Shown here one piece after another: positions 12,400-23,754 of a stretch of 34,217 bases of DNA (its first letter is position 1; the number at the start of each line of letters is the position of its first letter). A program made the position numbers and the translations under genes. The stretch is from NCBI RefSeq assembly GCF_001194135.2, contig NC_068990.1, positions 19,214,519-19,248,735 on the forward strand. The letters run 5' to 3'. The notes under the pieces were generated by a model that saw only the letters and a program-made list of their open reading frames with translations, made no database searches and had not been told where the DNA came from. The DNA is from Octopus bimaculoides (taxonomy: Eukaryota).

Positions 12400-13041
12400 G
12401 AACATCGAAATAAACAAGGAGAGAAAATAGAAAAAGGTCTATGTCTAGCGATGTGCGTGCGTGTGTGTGTGTGTGGGTGTGTGTGTGTGTGTGTATGTGT
12501 GTGTGTGTATGTGTGTGTGTGTGTCTGTGTATGTGTGTACATGATATGTGTTGATAAAGTAGCACAAATCAAAGAATGCAAGAAGAGAGGAACAGTTGGA
12601 ACAGTTGATGTTACAACAGTAGAGAGAAATCAAATGGCGGAGGATTATATGTAAACACAAAAGAAACTTAGATAAAAAAAAAATGCGCACAGTGAATATT
12701 ACTACGAGAACAAGGAATGGGAAAGAAGTTGGCTGGTGTTAACAAAATAGCCTATGAGAGAAACATACAAGAATAAAGCATCAAGGAAAGAAACAATAGC
12801 ACTTTTAATAACACATCAACCTGTTTAACTACATATAGATGTTTACATTTACATCTCGAAGTCTGCTATTGATTTATTACTGTTGTTTTCCTCTGTGTTC
12901 TGATTGTGGCTAAGAAGCAGTCTATCATGTTATATTGATATCTATTTTAAATTTTAGCATTTAAATAGAAGAAAAAAATCTACACATAGTTGCTTATTGA
13001 CCATCCCACCTTCTCTCACAAAATTTCTTCACTTCTCTCAG

Positions 13042-13062
13042 GGACAGCTCTATCCACTTTGG
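13042..13062 (+). CDS. Candidate 21-nt microexon, unassigned
   Basis: Long pyrimidine tract cttctctcacaaaatttcttcacttctctcag|GGACAGCTCTATCCACTTTGG|gtagga. The donor is only moderate. Confidence 0.12.
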
Positions 13063-14057
13063 GTAGGACTGCGTTATTCGATACAGTTTGTGTAATTTTA
13101 GGGTCCTGTAACTCTCGAGCAAATTAATCACAGGATAACATGTTCGTTGACAATGTATTATTTCCATGTTTCTTGTTTAGCTCAAGATTAACACTAAGAA
13201 ATAAAAACAATCTAACTGTTTCCAACCATTCATATTTCCCTGGCAATTAGGTCCAGGTTGTGTATTGAGGAGTTACCATCTTTATTATGTTAGTGTGAAG
13301 CGTGGGAGATTTGCTGTCTATTTCTAAGAAATCAAGATATCAAGTAGAATCTCTTGTGTCGGCCTGTTATAAATTCATTAGTTAAACATCGCGTGATTAT
13401 GTAATTTCAATTAAATATGTTATGGGCGGTTTTACATATGAAATAAATATCGCATTACCGGCTTTGAATGGCATATATTTATATGTATTTAATAGAATAA
13501 TGGAATAAATATTGATAGTGTGAAAATTGTTAAAAATTGTCAACAGATGCTGTTATAATTATTTGTTGTAATTAATGCTAATTAAGAGGTGGGAACGCAG
13601 AGAACAAAATCAATTCCACAGTCTTTGAGGTCTGTAAAATGAAAGAATGACGAAACTGAAATAACGGAAAAAATCTTATAATAGAGCATAATTTGCTCGT
13701 TTCACCTGAGTACCAAGTGTGGCTCTTAAGTCAAAAGTAGAAACGGTGCCCCTATAGAATTTCATCAGTTTTCGGTCACCAAATTCCATCCAATATTATT
13801 AGTTGTGCCTAAGCGTATGTTGAAAAAACGCATGACCGGTATGGTGTGCAGTGTGATCAAAGTCTGTATTGAGAAATACTCCAAATGTCTTGGAACATTC
13901 TTGAGAAAACTAAGCAATTCTTACTCATACCAGTGATAATGACCAGTAAGAGCAAGATAATCAGCATAATCAAGACTAGGGAGATGCATTCTGCCGGCGT
14001 CGGGATAGATTCAGCTGAATGGTGAAACCTGTCAGAGTACCTAAATAATCATTTTAA

Positions 14058-14243
14058 CTATTATTGATTTCACTCTGAGGCCGCTCATGGGCATTGCCTT
14101 CAGGGACCGCTAGTCGAACGAGGCAATCCCCGTACAACTGTTTATTCCGGTGTCTTTTCGTAGACTGGTATCTTACCGGGACGTAGACACACAATTACTG
14201 CGAAATAAAAAATGTAAAATGGGGACAATGTACCCTTAGAACC

Positions 14244-14277
<34 letters not shown>

Positions 14278-14668
14278 NNNNNNNNNNNNNNNNNNNNNNN
14301 NNNNNNNNNNNNNNNNNNNNNNNNNNNNNNNNNNNNNNNNNNNNNNNNNNNNNNNNNNNNNNNNNNNNNNNNNNNNNNNNNNNNNNNNNNNNNNNNNNNN
14401 NNNNNNNNNNNNNNNNNNNNNNNNNNNNNNNNNNNNNNNNNNNNNNNNNNNNNNNNNNNNNNNNNNNNNNNNNNNNNNNNNNNNNNNNNNNNNNNNNNNN
14501 NNNNNNNNNNNNNNNNNNNNTATATATATATATATATATATATGACGAGCTTCTCACAAGACTTTCGACAGCCCAGGCTATACTAGAACACCCTTGTCCA
14601 AGTTGCCATGCAGAGAAACTCAATACGGTAGTATGTAGGTGGGAAGAGAACTTACCGCACAGACACAA
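14058..14668 (-). mobile_element. Full-length degenerate family 1 SINE spanning an internal (TA)n tract and gap
   Basis: 3' half at about 14058-14190 (TAGTCGAACG...CGGGACGTAGACACAC). 5' half at about 14543-14668 (TCACAAGACTTT...GGCTATACTAGAACACCCTTGTCCAAG...CTTACCGCACAG), the reverse complement of 20221-20370 with an internal deletion. Confidence 0.75.
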
Positions 14669-14679
14669 CTACACCTATG

Positions 14680-14692
14680 TGTGTGTGTGTGC

Positions 14693-14737
<45 letters not shown>

Positions 14738-14952
14738 ATACATACATACATACAAATATACATATATATACATATACATGTATGTATGTATCTATCTCTC
14801 TCTCTCTCTCTCTATAAAGATATCATATATACATAGATATATATATTTATATGTATGTATATATTTATATTTATGTACATATATATATTTATATGTATGT
14901 ATATAATTATATATCTATCTATCTATCTATCTCTCTCTCTCTCTCTCTCTCC

Positions 14953-14991
<39 letters not shown>

Positions 14992-15130
14992 CATACATAC
15001 ATACATACATACATGTGTGTATACATGTGTGTAATCATCCATGTATATACTCATACATACACAAATGCACACATGTGTACATATATATGTAATTATGTAT
15101 GTATGCATTTATGTATATTTGCATGTATGC
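14680..15130. repeat. Compound TG/TA/CT/ATCT/ATAC microsatellite
   Basis: Direct inspection. Confidence 0.95.
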
Positions 15131-15678
15131 ATTTACCTATGAATGTTTGTAGGTTTACACGAATACTTTATTACTTTCTGCTGTCAGAGATAATATGTTA
15201 AATAGTTTTTAAAATCTTTTTTTTGTGGAATTTTGTGCGCAAATAAGTGATTTCACTTAAATTATAACATACTTCAAAATCAATAAATTTCGAGGAAATT
15301 GTTTCCAATAGTTTGTAGAAGTGGACATAATTTCTCAATCACTTGTTTGTTGGTAATTTAATTTCAAACATTTATTTCTACTTTATATTCATGAACAGTC
15401 TTGTAGTTATTTACAAATGTTATTGCTTTAACATTGTTATAGAACATCGATTTGCACACGCACACAGCATAACACTCACAACGCACACCCACACACACAG
15501 AGGGAAACGTACAGAAATTCCTCAACACACATACCACACCACATATCCCGACACACATCACACACGTATTTCTCTTCCTTTCTCAATGTTTCTCTCTCTA
15601 TCTCACTTTGTTTCTTATAATCCAAGCTGTGTCCTCATAAAGCTCATACACTGGAACTCCAATATTTATTTATTAATG

Positions 15679-15998
15679 TTTTTTTTTTATTATTTATGCG
15701 CCGTATTAAAGCCTAGCCAGGGTCATGGGCCTGGTTTCCCGGTTTCTATGGCGTATGTGTTCCCTCCCAGCTGGACAGGGCGCCAGGCCAGCGCAGCTTT
15801 ACTCATGAAACAAGAAGAAAGAGTGAGAGAAAGTCGGAGCAAAAGAGTACAACAGGAGTCGCCACCCCACCTGTGGGAGCTTCGTGAAGCTTTAGGTGTT
15901 TTCCCTCAATAAACACACACAAAGCCCGCTCTGGGAATCGAAACCGCGATCCTCCGACCGAGAGTCCGCTGCCCTAACCACTGAGCCATTGCGCCTCC
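15679..15998 (-). mobile_element. tRNA-derived SINE family 4, near full-length with A-rich tail
   Basis: Minus strand starts GGAGGCGCAATGGCTCAGTGGTTAGG. A-box at 15978-15988, B-box GGTTTCGATTCCC at 15933-15945, GC-rich body, ends in ATAAATAATAAAAAAAAAAA. Confidence 0.85.
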
Positions 15999-16805
15999 GC
16001 ATAAATTTGATATAATAGTTGAAAATATTGAAGAATAACTACATACCGGAAGATGCTATAAACTAACTTGTATATTATATATATATATATTAGCAAATTA
16101 CCTGATGACAGGCCGGTGTACACTATTATTACTGCATCATAATTGTTTATGTAATAATTTATAAAATAATTTATATTATATGTTTGAAAACTCAACAACG
16201 AACAACTGTTACACACACACACCTCACACATAAACACACTGAGACATACTTCTATGTTTATGATTATGTAAGAAAGCGTACAAGATATAAATTTATAGTA
16301 CACGTTCCCTTTAAACTTCATTTTTTTCCCCTTGACTTAAGTGTATATGGCATTTCCTCCATTTGCAGCTGTAATAATGCTGAGTTTCTTTAATATCCGA
16401 CATGTCATTCAAGAAATAACTTATTTATATATTTGTTGTTGAAGGGTTCTACCAAAAATGTTCAAGATATTGACATGAGAATATTTACTAGTTACGTTGC
16501 AGTTAAAAAACATATTTATTTGAAGATTAATCTGTCTAAAATGTTGAGCCCAAGGTATATTATGAACAATTAAATTCATACACTAAAAAAAAAACACAAT
16601 TATCGTTAATTATTAATCTTGTGAAATGCAAGAAAGCACTTCGTGATGTAAAGTTTTATGAAGGTTGTAGAGAGGAGTGAGTCTGGTACGTTGCATGTAT
16701 AGTAATCAAATTCACATTGTTTGAGTTTTAGTGCTCCTCCTCAATAAAGCTTTGACTTATGCACACATATATGCGCATAAAAGCTGTCAAAAAATAGGCA
16801 ATTTA

Positions 16806-16938
16806 CATCCTTTCGGGGGTCGATAAATTAAGTACCAGTTACGCACTGGGGTCGATCTAATTGACTTAATCCCTTTGTCTGTCCTTGTTTTTTCTCCCCT
16901 ATGTTCAGCCCCTTGTGGACAATAAAAAAAAAAAGGAA
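16806..16938 (+). mobile_element. 5'-truncated family 2 SINE with tail A
   Basis: CATCCTTTCGGGGGTCGATAAATTAAGTACCAGTTACGCACTGGGGTCGAT...AGCCCCTTGTGGACAATAAA closely matches 25682-25805. Confidence 0.9.
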
Positions 16939-17045
16939 ATTTAAAATAGTGACAGGAAATTTTCTCGTAGATACGTCATGGTGACGAATGTATAGTAATC
17001 GGAACAATCCTGTGGGTAAATTGTTCTTAATAACTTTAAAAAAAC

Positions 17046-17089
17046 ACAATAATGAGTAAGACAATAATGTAAGACAATAATGAGTAAAG
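17046..17089 (+). repeat. Minisatellite, 3 x ~15 bp (ACAATAATGAGTAAG)
   Basis: Three adjacent copies; the middle one lacks 2 nt. Confidence 0.85.
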
Positions 17090-17317
17090 AAATCATTCAT
17101 ACATTTATTCAGTGAGCTTCAAGCGAACTGTAACTACTCTTTGAAATATACGTAACCGTTGAGAATCTCCCATTTTGGTTCCTCTACCAAATGTTGGAAT
17201 GTTCTGTTTAAATACATATATCATTCTTTACGTGTTTGTAATGTCTACATGTAAGCTAAATTAATTCAGTGACATTCAATTTAATTTCAATTTTACATTC
17301 ATCATATACATATTAAT

Positions 17318-17477
17318 GTGCAAGCGCTGTTGTGGGACAAGAAAGTTGCTTCTCAACTACATGGTTCCGGGTTCAGTCCTACTGTGTGATCCCTTGGCAA
17401 GTGTCTTCTACTATAACCTCGGGACGACTAAACATTGTGAATAGATTTGGTAGGCGGAAACTGAAAGAAGCACGTCG

Positions 17478-17511
<34 letters not shown>

Positions 17512-17816
17512 NNNNNNNNNNNNNNNNNNNNNNNNNNNNNNNNNNNNNNNNNNNNNNNNNNNNNNNNNNNNNNNNNNNNNNNNNNNNNNNNNNNNNNNNN
17601 NNNNNNNNNNNNNNNNNNNNNNNNNNNNNNNNNNNNNNNNNNNNNNNNNNNNNNNNNNNNNNNNNNNNNNNNNNNNNNNNNNNNNNNNNNNNNNNNNNNN
17701 NNNNNNNNNNNNNNNNNNNNNNNNNNNNNNNNNNNNNNNNNNNNNNNNNNNNNNNNNNNNNNNNNNNNNNNNNNNNNNNNNNNNNNNNNNNNNNNNNNNN
17801 NNNNNNNNNNNNNNNN

Positions 17817-17885
<69 letters not shown>

Positions 17886-18128
17886 CTGTGTATCTATGTG
17901 TATGTCTATGTGCGTGTTTTTGTGTCGGTTGTTGCCCCACCATCGCTTGACAACCGGTGTTCGTGTGATTACGCCTCCGTGGCTTCGGGGTTCGGCAAAA
18001 GAAGCGAGAGAATTAGTACTAGGCCTTAAAAAATAAGTCCTGTGGTCGATTTGTTCGACTGGAACTCTTCAAGGCAGTGACCCAGCATGGCCACAGTCAA
18101 ATGACGGAAAGAAATAAAGGCAAGAAAA
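17318..18128 (+). mobile_element. Full-length CORE-type tRNA-derived SINE (family 1; resembles octopus OR-type SINEs) with internal (TA)n/(TG)n
   Basis: tRNA-like head with B-box GGTTCAGTCC, CORE-like CCCTTGGCAAGTGTCTTCTACTATAACCTCGGG, internal microsatellite and gap, 3' half ending CCCAGCATGGCCACAGTCAAATGACGGAAAG. The family name is from memory. Confidence 0.9.
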
Positions 18129-18842
18129 ATATCATTCTTTTAGCGGTAAACATACATTAATTTCTGTCATGTTTACATGGAGGGGAAACCTTATTTTCAT
18201 CAAGCTGTAATTAATCCTCGCCGATATAGAGTAAAGATCGTCTGAAATAATTCTCCATCATACTTTTATTGCTTTGTTATGTTACTATTCTACTGGAAAC
18301 TACTTCTGCTAATTTTATTAGTTCTTCTCTGTGTTACCATCCATTATACTAGTCGCTACTTCGCTGCAATTTTTCGGTTCCGAGGGGATTATCTGCCATA
18401 TTACATGAGATAATATGAACAATAAATGAAAGCGGCGATCTAACTGGAATATTAAAAGATAATGTAGCTCAATGTTCGTCATTAATGTATGGAAGTGACA
18501 ATTAATGTAATTCTTAATATGTCTCTCGTAGAAAAAGAAAATATTACATTTTACATTGGCATATTATTACGGTTGTAGCAAAGTCGGGATAATGAAGTGT
18601 CGGTCTCGGCTCTGACTATTAAATACTTTTCACTACCTGGGACCGTTATCGGTGACAACGCATCACTTTCATTTCTGATAATAAATTGCATTTAGTTAAT
18701 TAATAGAACCATGGTACAATTTGGTAATGAACAAGTTTAAAAAGGATTCACAAGAATTTGGAAAGAAACATAATATAATCAGTTAGAAAACGAGAGTATC
18801 TTTTCACTCAATCTCCGTATCTCTGCATCACATAAACAATAA

Positions 18843-19520
18843 TGTATGTATGTTCGCTTTCTCTTTAATTTTTTTTTTATTTAGCGTAAATTTTGACTGG
18901 CCACCTACTTGAAAGCATGGTTGTGAAGGATGAAAGCATCTTATTTTCTTCCCATAAGGTCTTGCGGAATGTTATGGTCCGTGATATCGTGATCATTTGT
19001 AGAGTATGAATTAAGGATTTGACTTCTCTCCGCAAGATCCCAAGTTCTGTCATGTATGTACTATGTATGTATGTATGTACTATGTATGTAAAAGGGGGTG
19101 CTGAGAAGTTCCTGAGCTTAGGAAAAACAAAACACTGGAGGATCACTTAATTATGATTTTATCCACCATCTTCCCCTCTCAGATTCACACACTTATTGCA
19201 GCGGTCCTTCAGTTTTTCTAAGCCCTGTAAAAGAACTCGGAAGGATGGACCTCCAGCTAGCCCTTTCGAGACACCTATAAAGCATGGAACTTTTTAAAAG
19301 CCCTTCATATGTATGTCCTCTTACTCTTTTTAATTTCACAGTAAATTTTGACCGGCCTCCCATTTATTAGCAAGGTTGTGAAGGAAAGTATCTTCTGATC
19401 ATCATCATCATCCTATAAATTTTAAGAAGTTCTTGCGCAGAATTTTATAGTCCAAGATATTATGATCATTTGTATCATATGAATTAAGAATTTTCCTTCT
19501 CTCACCTAAATTGCAAGTTC
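18843..19520 (+). repeat. Old tandem direct duplication of about 200 bp (18843-19047 vs 19308-19520)
   Basis: GTAAATTTTGAC...GGTTGTGAAGGA...TGATCATTTGTA...TATGAATTAAG...CAAGTTC occurs in both copies. Hand alignment gives 45/54 and 70/88 identities. Confidence 0.85.
19091..19307 (-). mobile_element. Mariner-derived MITE (internal deletion derivative)
   Basis: Degenerate TIRs (AAGGGGGTGCTGAGAAGTTCCTGAGCTT / AAGCATGGAACTTTTTAAAAGCCCTTCA) flanked by TA at 19089-19090 and 19308-19309. Minus strand translates LLQGLEKLKDRCNKCVNLRGEDGG* (stop at 19159-19161). Confidence 0.85.
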
Positions 19521-20117
19521 AGCCACACTTTACTCCAGCCAGTTTGGTATGTATTCTGTTGCCATAAACTTGTCGGTATTCCATGCCAGGCTGTTGACTT
19601 GCCAAGTGCCCATGTACTATTTTCCCAGTGAACTGGTCCCCTTTTTTCTTTCTGTTGTTCTGATAAATGGATTTTATTAATAATCCTTAGAGAGGAAATT
19701 TGTATCAGCTCGTATTTCATATCTCTCCTCAAGTTCATTAGCCATTTCAATTCTGTTCTTGGTTCGCAAACTGTTTGCAAACTTGGGCAAATTTGTTATT
19801 GCTTTCTTCCGTCTGCTGCAGATGCAGTTTCAGTGTCAAAATCCGTGCATCATATCACATCAGTATCTAAGATCACGACTATCATCCATGCGTGGGGAGT
19901 TTAACCTGTCTATATTGCCATTGATGTTGACGTTTCCTGCAAAACTAAGCAGGTTGCTTTCGAACAGCTGTCTCATTTAGTTATTGTAGTGTCCACTTGT
20001 ATGTATATATGTATATATACGTACATATTGTAGCAATAATTGGGTACCCTCCCAGCAGTATACTGGATAGATACTATCCCTTAGTGGGTTGAACCCCCAA
20101 CCCCTAACTCTCTCACG

Positions 20118-20217
<100 letters not shown>

Positions 20218-20220
20218 GTA

Positions 20221-20370
20221 TGCATATGAGTGGCTGTGTAGTAAGTAGCTTGCTTACCAACCACATGGTTCCACTGTGTGGCATCTTCGGTGTCTTCTAC
20301 TATAGCCTCGGGCCGACCAAAGCCTTGTGAGTGGATTTGGTAGACGGAAACTGAAAGAAGCCCGTCGTAT
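20221..20370 (+). mobile_element. 5' half of family 1 SINE with B-box deleted
   Basis: GAGTGGCTGTGTAGTAAGTAGCTTGCTTACCAACCACATGGTTCC|ACTGTG lacks the GGGTTCAGTCC present at about 17369, then continues into the CORE-like block. Confidence 0.9.
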
Positions 20371-20439
20371 ACACACACACACACACACACACACTCACAC
20401 ACACACACACAGACACACACACACACACACACACATATC

Positions 20440-20588
20440 TATATTCTTGTATTCTCTTATTTGTTTCAGTCATTTGACTGCGAACAAATTGATCCAAGGA
20501 CATATTCTCCGAAACCCTAGTACTGATTCTATCGGTGCCTTTTGCCGAACGGCTAAGTTACGGGGACGTAAATACACCAAGGTCGTTT
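20440..20588 (-). mobile_element. 3' half of family 1 SINE, opposite orientation, truncated by a gap
   Basis: TTGTTTCAGTCATTTGACTGCG...CTAGTACTGATTCTATCGGTGCCTTTTGCCGAACGGCTAAGTTACGGGGACGTAAATACACC. Confidence 0.85.
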
Positions 20589-22273
20589 NNNNNNNNNNNN
20601 NNNNNNNNNNNNNNNNNNNNNNNNNNNNNNNNNNNNNNNNNNNNNNNNNNNNNNNNNNNNNNNNNNNNNNNNNNNNNNNNNNNNNNNNNNNNNNNNNNNN
20701 NNNNNNNNNNNNNNNNNNNNNNNNNNNNNNNNNNNNNNNNNNNNNNNNNNNNNNNNNNNNNNNNNNNNNNNNNNNNNNNNNNNNNNNNNNNNNNNNNNNN
20801 NNNNNNNNNNNNNNNNNNNNNNNNNNNNNNNNNNNNNNNNNNNNNNNNNNNNNNNNNNNNNNNNNNNNNNNNNNNNNNNNNNNNNNNNNNNNNNNNNNNN
20901 NNNNNNNNNNNNNNNNNNNNNNNNNNNNNNNNNNNNNNNNNNNNNNNNNNNNNNNNNNNNNNNNNNNNNNNNNNNNNNNNNNNNNNNNNNNNNNNNNNNN
21001 NNNNNNNNNNNNNNNNNNNNNNNNNNNNNNNNNNNNNNNNNNNNNNNNNNNNNNNNNNNNNNNNNNNNNNNNNNNNNNNNNNNNNNNNNNNNNNNNNNNN
21101 NNNNNNNNNNNNNNNNNNNNNNNNNNNNNNNNNNNNNNNNNNNNNNNNNNNNNNNNNNNNNNNNNNNNNNNNNNNNNNNNNNNNNNNNNNNNNNNNNNNN
21201 NNNNNNNNNNNNNNNNNNNNNNNNNNNNNNNNNNNNNNNNNNNNNNNNNNNNNNNNNNNNNNNNNNNNNNNNNNNNNNNNNNNNNNNNNATATATATATA
21301 TATATATATATATATAAGAATTTGAAAATACCATATAGTCATATAGAGATGGAAAGTTATTTTAGCCTGTATATGTAATAAAACCTCTTCAAACGTCTTT
21401 TGTTGAGAGAAATGCATAGATATTTGTGATAAAGATCAAAGTTTCTAAAGAAAATGTTAGAGAAGCCTTAAAAATATTGATAAATAATAATGATCCTATT
21501 CTTATTCACACGTTTTAAAAATTTCGCCTTTCTTCTTTGAAATCTTTTTACTATTGCAGAACAAATTGTTGCAGGTATATCTATGACACGTTTCAATCTC
21601 CACTATTCTGAATAAATTAAGGACATACACGGAAGCATTATAAAATTAGTAATCCATATTCTTTTGAAAAAATTCGTTATATGCAGGACATGATTTAAGG
21701 ATCAAAGTATAGGGTTGAAAATAAGTCAATGCTACACTTTGATCCGTACATTCCTATGCTGCGTTCGACTCACTAGACATAAGATGCGCACAGACACACA
21801 GAACCACACACACACACACACACACACAAAAGCGTACAAGCATACACATAAGCGTACAAGCATACACATACGCATGTACACACACGCACATACACACAAA
21901 CGCACACACACACATGTATATCTGCGTGAATATTCTCGATTGAACCCAACATACTGTTGGCTACAGCCTGATTCGTTGAGGATAATCACAAGTGGAGTGT
22001 CTTTAGGCATTTGTCGAAATGGTTTGGGCAAAATCTGTAGATAAACAGAATGACGAAGTGTTCGATTTCACTCCTACAATGAAGTTGATGCTAAATACTT
22101 TCCGGCATGTCTGACACCAAATAATCAAAAATTGAAAGTAGATTATTATTAAATTATTGTCATTTTCATAAAATTTGATAGGTTTGAAAAATATTAAGTA
22201 TCAACATATACATACACACAATCACGTGCACACACACACACACACACATATAGTTATATGTATATATGTAAAT

Positions 22274-22355
<82 letters not shown>

Positions 22356-22714
22356 AAACAGAAAATAGAGAAATATTGATCAACTACAATTGACTTACAT
22401 CAATTATTAATTTTTTAATTCAGTACCAATAGACTGAATCTCGTCTAAGAGCTGTTTCTGCTTCCAATGTTATATGGTATTGCCATTGACATGCTGAAAA
22501 TACTATTCATCATATTTGGTAATAAAACCGACCTGGGACATGGAGCTTCGTCAGAGTGAAGAAAATTACATAAAAGAAAAAGAAGAGCCTAGAGATGAAA
22601 AGAAAGGGATGAATATGTTTAAATCACACCATTTTGCTTATGTGCCTTTTTGGGACGTTGAGTAAATGACTAAACGTGAAATAATAATTGGTGGATTTTT
22701 ATCTATTGGGGTAA

Positions 22715-23089
22715 CAGGGTGGATAAGTAATAAAAAAAGGTTTTAAAAAAATTACAATAACGGGATACGCCAATAGGTTTAGTCAAAGAGGGAGTGAAAA
22801 ACACCATAAAGTTTTGAAGTAATCTTATTAGTTATTAATAATTATGTTTATAATACTAATTAATAGTTTTTATCATAATTAATTAATTTCAATTATTTAC
22901 TGACCAATATGTGGTACAGTCCAACCACCTATTGCTCGTAATTGGATTGACTAAGGTCCAGTGTTAGATATAATTTCTCAAATGTAAAACCAAGGCCGTT
23001 ATACGGGCTTTTGGCTAAACCTATTGGCGTATCCCGTTATTGTAATATTTAAAAAAAATGTTACTTTTTTTTATTACTAATCTACCCTA
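22715..23089. mobile_element. Non-autonomous DNA transposon (MITE) with ~75-bp TIRs
   Basis: Perfect 32-bp inverted repeat ATTACAATAACGGGATACGCCAATAGGTTTAG (22751-22782, reverse complement at 23015-23046). It extends imperfectly to TAACAGGGT (22712) / ACCCTATTA (23092). AT-rich interior. Confidence 0.85.
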
Positions 23090-23692
23090 TTAAATAATAA
23101 TTGATTCAAGTCAATTGTTGTTGATCCATATTTCTCCGTTTTCTGTTTATTCTAAATTTGATTCCTGATAAACTAGTGTTTATCTTTGTCACTATCTGTA
23201 ATCTATGAGCATAATATGCTTACATATGTATGTTCGGGGTCAACAGAGATGATTATGCCGGTAGTACAATGAATATTTTTATCCCTTAGACAGTTATTTG
23301 ATTATATAATTGCATGCTATGTACTTTGGCTTGGTTTGCGTCAAAATTGTGACAGTAATTTGAATGAGATTAATTTCTCACTACACATAAACGAAGATAG
23401 GATAACGATATTTACGATGATATTGTGTTGAGCAACTAATACTGACTGCATTAAAATGCATCGAAATGTGTGTGCGTATGTAGAGGAATATATTAAATTT
23501 TATTGACAGTATTTTGGCTGTAGATTTTCATTGTATTATAAATACAATTACTTATGACACAATTGCATTTCATCTTACTGCTCCACTTTACGTTCTCCAC
23601 AGTTGATATTCGAAGTTCCTTCAAGTTACAGGTCTTACCAGCGTTCTTCCCACACGTATACTATATAGACACTTATGCATATACCCTATAGA

Positions 23693-23754
23693 AATATATG
23701 ATATCAAATCAATGTAAAATATGAATATATGATGTCAAATCAATGTAAAACATG
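23693..23754 (+). repeat. Tandem duplication, 2 x 31 bp
   Basis: AATATATGATATCAAATCAATGTAAAATATG / AATATATGATGTCAAATCAATGTAAAACATG (29/31). Confidence 0.9.

Noticed and set aside
15930-15998. tRNA gene calls at the SINE heads (also 25576-25660, 27320-27390, 31040-31120)
   Set aside because: A/B boxes are present but the cloverleaf is broken and, except for the isolated 31040-31120 fragment, the heads run into SINE bodies.
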